Below, one piece after another: positions 57,718 through 64,000 of a stretch of 64,000 bases of DNA. The stretch's first letter is position 1; each line of letters starts with the position of its first letter. Under the pieces are notes generated by a model that was given only the letters and a program-made list of their open reading frames with translations, ran no database searches and had not been told where the DNA came from. The stretch is from NCBI GenBank assembly GCA_951802115.1, contig CATOPL010000013.1, positions 18,011 through 82,010 on the forward strand, given 5' to 3'. Source of the DNA: an uncultured Lachnospiraceae bacterium (GTDB lineage Bacteria; Bacillota; Clostridia; Lachnospirales; Lachnospiraceae). The position numbers and the translations under genes were made by a program.

Positions 57718-59112
57718 ATGACGCACACCAGTGAACTCGGCTCTAAGAAAATCGGTTCTCTTCTGCTCAGTCTGGCAATCCCTGCGATCATCGCCATGCT
57801 GGTAAGCATGCTGTATAATATGGTAGACCGCATCTATATCGGCAATATGGAAAACGGCACTGTCGGCATGGCCGGACTGGCTGTAGCCGTACCGATTATC
57901 ACATTGATTCAGGCTTTTACTCAGCTGTTCGGCACTGGCGGCGCGCCGCTGGCTGCAATCCGGCTGGGCGAACAGAGACAGGAAGAAGCCGAAAAAATCA
58001 TGACCGCGTCTTTCACAGCCCTGATTATTTCCGGCATCCTCCTGACTGCAGCAATCGAACTGTTTCAGGTGCCGGTCCTTTTACTGTTCGGCGCCGATGA
58101 AACCTCTCTCGCGCCGGCGATGGAATATGTTACAATCTATGCGCTGGGAACCGTATTCGTACAGATTGCACAGGGAATGAACCCCTATATCAATACACAA
58201 GGTTTTGCAAAGATGGGAATGGCAACGATCCTGATTGGAGCCGTGTTAAATATTGTGCTGGATCCGGTTTTTATTTTTATTATGGGTATGGGAATCCGAG
58301 GAGCCGCACTTGCCACCATTCTGTCTCAGGGAATCTCCGCCGTATGGGTGCTGTATTTCCTGCTGAAAAAATCTCCCTTAAAGCTCCGATCCTGTTATCT
58401 GCTGCCAAACCGCAGTACACTGATTTCTATCATGATGCTTGGTATCTCACCATTTGTCATGAGTTCTACCGAAGGGCTTTTACAGATTGCGTTTAACAAT
58501 CAGATGTCGGCTTACGGAGGCAGCATGGCTGTAGGCTCCATGGCAGTTCTTATGAGCCTGTATCAGATGGTTCTGCTGCCGCTGCAGGGAATCTGCCAGG
58601 GCGCTCAGCCCATCTTTTCCTATAACTTTGGTTCCAAAGATTTAGGACGGGTTCGAAAAACTTTCCGGCTCTGTTTTTGTATCTGCCTGTTTTATTCTTT
58701 TGCAACTGCCGGCGTCATTATGTTGGCTTCCCCCGTTTTTGCACGAATTTTTTCCAGAGACCCCGACACAATCCGCTATGTGTCCTGGGCAGTACGCATC
58801 TACCTGTTTGGCGGCACAATATTCGGTGCACAGATCGCGTGTCAGCAGTCTTTTATGGCGCTTGGGCAGGCAAAACGTTCCCTCTGTATGGCGTTGCTGC
58901 GCAAAGTCATCCTGCTGATCCCTTTACTGTATATCCTGCCCTCTTTGCTGGGAAATTCAGAACTGGCGAATTTTCTGGCCGGCCCTGTCCTTGATCTGAC
59001 CAAAGATGGCGCCAGAACCTTCTGTGTCCTGCTGGCAGAGCCTGTTGCAGACACACTGGCCGCCTGTATTACCAGCCTGACATTCTTTCATTTTTACAGG
59101 TCGAATCTTTAA
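57718..59112 (+). CDS. MATE family efflux transporter
   Basis: LAIPAIIAMLVSMLYNMVDRIYIG, NIVLDPVFIF..MGIRGAALAT, GAQPIFSYNFG; about 12 TM. Confidence 0.93.
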   Translation: MTHTSELGSKKIGSLLLSLAIPAIIAMLVSMLYNMVDRIYIGNMENGTVGMAGLAVAVPIITLIQAFTQLFGTGGAPLAAIRLGEQRQEEAEKIMTASFTALIISGILLTAAIELFQVPVLLLFGADETSLAPAMEYVTIYALGTVFVQIAQGMNPYINTQGFAKMGMATILIGAVLNIVLDPVFIFIMGMGIRGAALATILSQGISAVWVLYFLLKKSPLKLRSCYLLPNRSTLISIMMLGISPFVMSSTEGLLQIAFNNQMSAYGGSMAVGSMAVLMSLYQMVLLPLQGICQGAQPIFSYNFGSKDLGRVRKTFRLCFCICLFYSFATAGVIMLASPVFARIFSRDPDTIRYVSWAVRIYLFGGTIFGAQIACQQSFMALGQAKRSLCMALLRKVILLIPLLYILPSLLGNSELANFLAGPVLDLTKDGARTFCVLLAEPVADTLAACITSLTFFHFYRSNL

Positions 59113-59456
59113 TGTTATAGCAGGTTTTCCATAATTTAAGAACTTCATGGCAGACAAAAGCAACAGCTCGTAATCGTAAAGTATTGCTTCTGTTTTGAAA
59201 TTGTGTACCTGCTGAAAATAAAGAAATACATAATGCATTATAGGTTGCATAAAAATACTCTATACATATTGATAAATACAGCAACCAACCCGGACGCCCG
59301 CGATGACTAACTATTTCTTTAGCCATTATAGGATGTATGTTGACAAATTTACAAGACAATTTACTTATAATGAAAATCAGTAAGTATACTAATTGAACTG
59401 CGAATGTTCCATAAAGTATAACTAACTATATAATTGGAATTTGGAGTGAAACAGCG

Positions 59457-60086
59457 ATGGATAAAGAAGAAAGAAAACTAACTGAAAAAGAACTGAAACG
59501 TAAAGATCACTTTGAAAAACTAAATTTGGAACTGCAGCGAAAAGGATATAAAGTAAAGAAGATGACCGTCCATATTCAGCAGGCGAATTCTTTGGGTCCT
59601 CTGAGCATGTTACCATTTATAATTTTGACATTTTGGATCTACTGTCATGTGAATGGTTTTGATTTAGAGGAAATTTCTTTGCAGTTTGTTGCAGCAGCAT
59701 TTCTGTTGATACTGGGACTAACCATTTTTCATGAGTTAATACACGGAATCACCTGGGGGATTTTTGCTAAAAATCATTTCCATACGATTGATTTTGGAAT
59801 CATTTGGAGTTGCCTTTCTCCATACTGCACCTGTTCTGAACCGCTGAGAAAATGGCAGTATTTATCAGGAATTGCCATGCCTACATTAGTTTTAGGAGGC
59901 GGAGCTGCAGTGGCTGCGGTGATGACAAATCAATTACTACTACTTTTCCTGGCAGAAGTCATGATTCTTTCCGGTGGTGGGGATTTTCTAATTTTACTGA
60001 AAGTCTTGTTATACCGCACCGATAAAAAAGAATGTATGTATTGCGACCATCCTTATGAATACGGTTTTGTTGTCTTTGAGAAATAA
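59457..60086 (+). CDS. DUF3267-type membrane zincin-like protein, AT-rich
   Basis: HELIHG (HExxH), PYCTCSEPL, MPTLVLG, SGGGDF, DHPYEYG. Confidence 0.8.
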   Translation: MDKEERKLTEKELKRKDHFEKLNLELQRKGYKVKKMTVHIQQANSLGPLSMLPFIILTFWIYCHVNGFDLEEISLQFVAAAFLLILGLTIFHELIHGITWGIFAKNHFHTIDFGIIWSCLSPYCTCSEPLRKWQYLSGIAMPTLVLGGGAAVAAVMTNQLLLLFLAEVMILSGGGDFLILLKVLLYRTDKKECMYCDHPYEYGFVVFEK

Positions 60087-60093
60087 GCGCAAT

Positions 60094-60132
60094 GCGGTCC
60101 TAAAGGTGCAAAATACGCGCCTTTAGGATCGC
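60094..60132. repeat. 16-bp GC-rich hairpin (REP-like element or terminator) between convergent genes
   Basis: GCGGTCCTAAAGGTGC-AAAATAC-GCGCCTTTAGGATCGC (2 G-T pairs), no flanking T tract. Confidence 0.7.
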
Positions 60133-60185
60133 TGTCCGCGAGTGAGTCTTAAAGGAACAACTGTCACTACTGAGCTGCCGATATT

Positions 60186-60821
60186 TCATAAAAGTTCCGT
60201 AAAGCTCTTCACATACCGATCGCTGTATGTTCTGACTGTTTCCTGATCCGGTTCTGATCTTTCATACACTCCAATCGTCTGAAATCCGGCTTTTTTTGCC
60301 GTCTTCAGCGCATAAGCAGAATCTTCTGCCACTACGCATTCTGACGCCTGTGTCCCGAATTTTTCTGCTGCCAGATGATAGACCGCCGGGCTGCTTTTCC
60401 CGACTCCAACCATCCCGCAGTCCACCAGAAAATCAAAGCAGGAAAGAATCCCGTTCCTCTCCAGCGCCGGCCTCCCCAGTTCGACCGAAGAAGCCGTCGC
60501 CACACACATACGGATTCCCTGCCTCTTCAAATATGTAAGATATTCTTTTACTCCCGGCTTCAGCAGAATATCCTCTGCATAATGCCTTCCGATATCTCTG
60601 CACAGTGCATGCACAATATCCTCCGCCGACGAACGGAGTTCAAAACGTTCTTTCAGCCACAGTCCGCATTCCTGCATGGACATGGCGGACATCTCCTGAT
60701 TCAGCTTTGCAGTAGCTTCTATCCCAAATCCACGCAGAAATTCCGGCACCAGCCGATCCCAATAAGGTATGGAATCAATTAAAGTTCCATCCATATCAAA
60801 TATTGCATACCGAAAATCCAT
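60186..60821 (-). CDS. HAD-superfamily hydrolase
   Basis: FDMDGTLIDS, VATASS, GKSSP, VAEDS. Confidence 0.92.
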   Translation of the reverse strand: MDFRYAIFDMDGTLIDSIPYWDRLVPEFLRGFGIEATAKLNQEMSAMSMQECGLWLKERFELRSSAEDIVHALCRDIGRHYAEDILLKPGVKEYLTYLKRQGIRMCVATASSVELGRPALERNGILSCFDFLVDCGMVGVGKSSPAVYHLAAEKFGTQASECVVAEDSAYALKTAKKAGFQTIGVYERSEPDQETVRTYSDRYVKSFTELL

Positions 60822-60833
60822 TCCTCTCTCCCT

Positions 60834-63074
60834 TTACACCCGAATCTTTGTGCCTTTTTGATCGCGTCCCGCCAGCTTTAGCTTCTGAAGCGCCACCTCT
60901 TTTTCTTTATATGTGATGGTCATTTCCGTTCCCTTTGTAAATAAATAAGCCTCTTCCAGACTGTCTGTGTCGGAAAGCTTCATCGCGCGCACACCAACCG
61001 CAGCCTTCTTTTTCTCCGGTATCTCTTCTGCGCCAAACCGGAGGAAATATCCTCCTTCTGAACGGAGAACAACCTGCATATTCTCACCGGTAAGGGCAGC
61101 CAGCAGCACCTTATCTCCTTCATTCAGTTTTGTCGCCATGCTGGTTCTTGTCCGCACATCATACTCCTGACCATCCACTACTTTACTCATTCCCTGTGCT
61201 GTTACAAAAAGCAGCTTTCCGGCAATGAGCATTTCCATGCTGACTACACAGAGCATCTGTTCCTGACTGCTGTCAAAATTGCTGTAGTTATCAACGGGAA
61301 ACGCCTTGTCGCGAAACTTTCCAAACGGCAGATCCAGAACTTTTACTGTATGCATCTTTCCTTTATCTGTAAAGACGCAGATCCGATCCGTATTCTTGCA
61401 TAAAATCACATAGCGGCTTTCGTTGTCCGCCGCTTCTTTGTTTCGCTCATACGTAGGCACATCGACCGTTCTGCAATATCCAAAACGATCCATCAGGAAG
61501 ACCACCGGCATCTCTTCCACTTTTTTCTCCACAAAAATAGCCTCTTTCCCGTTCTCAATGACTGTACGGCGCGGCGCGGCATACGCCTTTTTGAAACTGT
61601 CCAGTTCCTTAATAATAACTTTCATCATCTCATCATAATTGTTCAGGATCTCAGAATAACGGGCAATATTTTTCATTGTGGTCTCATGTTCTTTCATAAG
61701 CGCCTGAATTTCCAGGCCAATCAGCCGATAGAGCCGCATTTCCAGAATCGCTGTTGCCTGGCGTTCTGTAAAATTCAGCTTCGCCGCCTGTTTTTTGGAT
61801 TTTTCTGACCGGAACCTGATACCTTCAGTCTTCCCGTTCATAAGGCAGGCCTTCGCCATTTTCAGATCCTGGCTTCCTCTGAGGATCTCTATAATCAGGT
61901 CAATCACATCACAGGCCCTGATCAGTCCTTCCTGGATCTCTTTTTTATCCAGCTCTTTATTCAGCAGCGTCTTATACTTTCTTGTATTCAGTTCAAACTG
62001 AAAATCAATCACATGATCCAGAATCTGAATCAGCCCCAGTGTTTCCGGTCTTCCGTCCGCCACTGCCAGCATATTGACGCCGAACGTATCTTCCAGACGA
62101 GTCTTTTTATAGAGCATATTGATCAGCTGCTCTGTATCCGCACCTTTACGGAGCTCCAGCACAATTCTGATTCCTTCTTTTGACGACTGATTTGTGATAT
62201 CCACGATATCCGTGGTCTTTTTATTCTCCACCAGCGTCCCGATGTCATTTAAGAACTTGCCGATGTTTGCCCCGATCATGGTATAAGGAATCTCGGTGAT
62301 CACCAGCTGTTCTTTTCCGCCTTTTACTTTCTCCACTTCCACTTTTCCGCGAACTTTGATTTTACCGCTGCCTGTGCGGTAGATCTCTGTCAGTTCATCC
62401 TTGTTCACAACAATTCCTCCGGTCGGAAAATCCGGTCCCGGCATAATTTTCAAGAGCTCCTCCAAAGTCAGCTTTGGATTCTTCATATACGCTTTCATGG
62501 CGTCAATCGTTTCTCCCAGATTATGAGGAGGAATGCTGGTAGACATTCCGACTGCAATCCCTTCTGCCCCATTGATCAGCAAATGGGGTATTCTGGCCGG
62601 AAGAACTCTCGGTTCTTTTTCTGTCTCGTCAAAGTTCGGCACAAAATCCACGATATCTTTGTCCAGATCTGCCAGCAGCGCTTCCTCACTGACTTTCTGA
62701 AGCCGGGCTTCTGTATAACGCATAGCCGCCGCCCCGTCTCCTTCAATAGAACCAAAATTCCCATGTCCGTCCACCAGCGGCAGTCCTTTCTTAAAATCCT
62801 GGCTCATAACCACCAGCGCCTCGTAAATGGAACTGTCTCCATGAGGATGGTACTTACCCATCGTATCACCCACAATACGCGCACACTTCCGGTAAGGCCG
62901 ATCGCTTCGAATTCCAAGTTCATGCATGTCATAAAGCGTACGACGCTGTACCGGCTTTAACCCGTCCCGCACATCCGGCAAGGCACGGGCCACGATTACG
63001 CTCATGGCATAGTCAATATATGACTTCTGCATGACGTCTGAATATTCAGTTTTTATAATCAACTCTTCACTCAT
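60834..63074 (-). CDS. parC: Type IIA topoisomerase subunit A, probably topoisomerase IV
   Basis: [43 protein letters not shown]. Short C-terminal domain with no QxRGGKG GyrA-box, so ParC rather than GyrA (inference). Confidence 0.85.
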   Translation of the reverse strand: MSEELIIKTEYSDVMQKSYIDYAMSVIVARALPDVRDGLKPVQRRTLYDMHELGIRSDRPYRKCARIVGDTMGKYHPHGDSSIYEALVVMSQDFKKGLPLVDGHGNFGSIEGDGAAAMRYTEARLQKVSEEALLADLDKDIVDFVPNFDETEKEPRVLPARIPHLLINGAEGIAVGMSTSIPPHNLGETIDAMKAYMKNPKLTLEELLKIMPGPDFPTGGIVVNKDELTEIYRTGSGKIKVRGKVEVEKVKGGKEQLVITEIPYTMIGANIGKFLNDIGTLVENKKTTDIVDITNQSSKEGIRIVLELRKGADTEQLINMLYKKTRLEDTFGVNMLAVADGRPETLGLIQILDHVIDFQFELNTRKYKTLLNKELDKKEIQEGLIRACDVIDLIIEILRGSQDLKMAKACLMNGKTEGIRFRSEKSKKQAAKLNFTERQATAILEMRLYRLIGLEIQALMKEHETTMKNIARYSEILNNYDEMMKVIIKELDSFKKAYAAPRRTVIENGKEAIFVEKKVEEMPVVFLMDRFGYCRTVDVPTYERNKEAADNESRYVILCKNTDRICVFTDKGKMHTVKVLDLPFGKFRDKAFPVDNYSNFDSSQEQMLCVVSMEMLIAGKLLFVTAQGMSKVVDGQEYDVRTRTSMATKLNEGDKVLLAALTGENMQVVLRSEGGYFLRFGAEEIPEKKKAAVGVRAMKLSDTDSLEEAYLFTKGTEMTITYKEKEVALQKLKLAGRDQKGTKIRV

Positions 63075-63079
63075 ACATT

Positions 63080-63356
63080 CTCCTATTATAGTTCCGCATC
63101 TGTCTTCCTCCATCTCTCTTTCCCTCGAAGGCTGTTCTTACACATCCGTGTCTGAACACCCTTCCTGATATGGACTCGACAGATGCTGTTGCTTTTTCTT
63201 ATTATCGTTCCGCATCTGTCTTCCTCCATCTCTCTTTCCCTCGAAGGCTGTTCTCATACATCCGTGTCTGAACACCCTTCCTGATATGGACTCGACAGAT
63301 GCTGTTGCTTTTTCCTATGATCGTTCCGCATCTGTCTTCCTCCATCTCTCTTTCCC
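63080..63356. repeat. Tandem array of a 116-bp structured repeat (2.3 units) between parE and parC
   Basis: GTTCCGCATCTG at 63091/63207/63323 and CAGATGCTGT at 63180/63296; 23 nt identical to 42048-42070. Confidence 0.93.
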
Positions 63357-63374
63357 CGGGGAAAAAGCAGAATT

Positions 63375-64000
63375 TTATATATCCAGCTGAGCGTCAACGG
63401 CATTTTCGTAGATAAATCTACGCCTTGGCGGCACTTCTGTTCCCATCAGCATCTCTGTCACAGAAGAAGCCAGTCTCGCATCTTCAATCTCTACCTGCTT
63501 CAGCCTCCGCCTCTCCGGATCCATGGTCGTCTCCCACAGCTGTTCCGCATCCATCTCGCCCAGACCTTTATAACGCTGCAACGTAAACGTACCTGTATGT
63601 TTCTTCCGATACCGTTCCAGCGCTTTATCATCATACAGATACTCCTCTTTCCCCCTGGCAGGCATAGCTTTATAAAGAGGCGGCATGGCAATATATACAT
63701 GTCCCTCGTAGATCAGCTCCGGCATAAAACGATAGAACAAAGTCAGAAGCAGCGTACTGATATGCGCTCCGTCCACATCTGCATCTGCCATAATGATAAT
63801 TTTATTATAACGAAGTCTTGTAATATCAAAATCATTTCCGTACCCTTCGGAAAATCCACATCCAAACGCATTGATCATGGTTTTGATCTCTGCATTTGCC
63901 AGAACTTTGTCGATACTGGCCTTCTCTACGTTCAAAATTTTCCCCCGGATCGGAAGAATCGCCTGATACGCCCGGTTTCTTGCTGTTTTGGCCGAACCGC
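63375..64000 (-). CDS. parE: Type IIA topoisomerase subunit B (ParE/GyrB), C-terminal part; 5' end beyond the window
   Basis: [51 protein letters not shown]. Confidence 0.88.
   Translation of the reverse strand, partial: GSAKTARNRAYQAILPIRGKILNVEKASIDKVLANAEIKTMINAFGCGFSEGYGNDFDITRLRYNKIIIMADADVDGAHISTLLLTLFYRFMPELIYEGHVYIAMPPLYKAMPARGKEEYLYDDKALERYRKKHTGTFTLQRYKGLGEMDAEQLWETTMDPERRRLKQVEIEDARLASSVTEMLMGTEVPPRRRFIYENAVDAQLDI

Overview
Chromosomal window from a ~48% GC, spore-forming clostridial bacterium; gene content and style suggest Lachnospiraceae (inference). Most of it is core or carbohydrate genes: an acyl-CoA carboxyltransferase, two D,D-carboxypeptidases around scpAB, rpsU, alaS, a CoA-activase fusion, an msm-type alpha-galactoside locus, a GH31 glucosidase, a BclA-like spore-surface cluster, dus, tRNA-Pro(GGG), an HTH-alanine aminotransferase fusion, a MATE pump and parE/parC. 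Main result: the spore-coat Mn-catalase gene cotJC (after cotJA-cotJB, minus strand) is split into three pieces (25457-25555, 17247-17569, 13284-13520) by two separate intervening elements. Each element encodes its own large serine recombinase and a small candidate directionality factor. Element 1 is 7,902 bp, bounded by a 15-bp direct repeat, and carries trkA, trkH and adhE. Element 2 is 3,734 bp, bounded by an 8-bp core, and carries an orphan LPXTG pilin. Removing both on paper restores one in-frame 211-aa CotJC with all expected metal-ligand motifs, which points to a skin-like, two-step programmed rearrangement during sporulation. Also notable: a structured tandem-repeat family (104-bp and 116-bp units) that supplies the ribosome-binding site of two unrelated genes, an exosortase K with a 'GAEP'-type sorting substrate, a cytoplasmic ParB-like/BMP fusion and several candidate operators. 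All calls were made by eye from sequence motifs; no database search was run.
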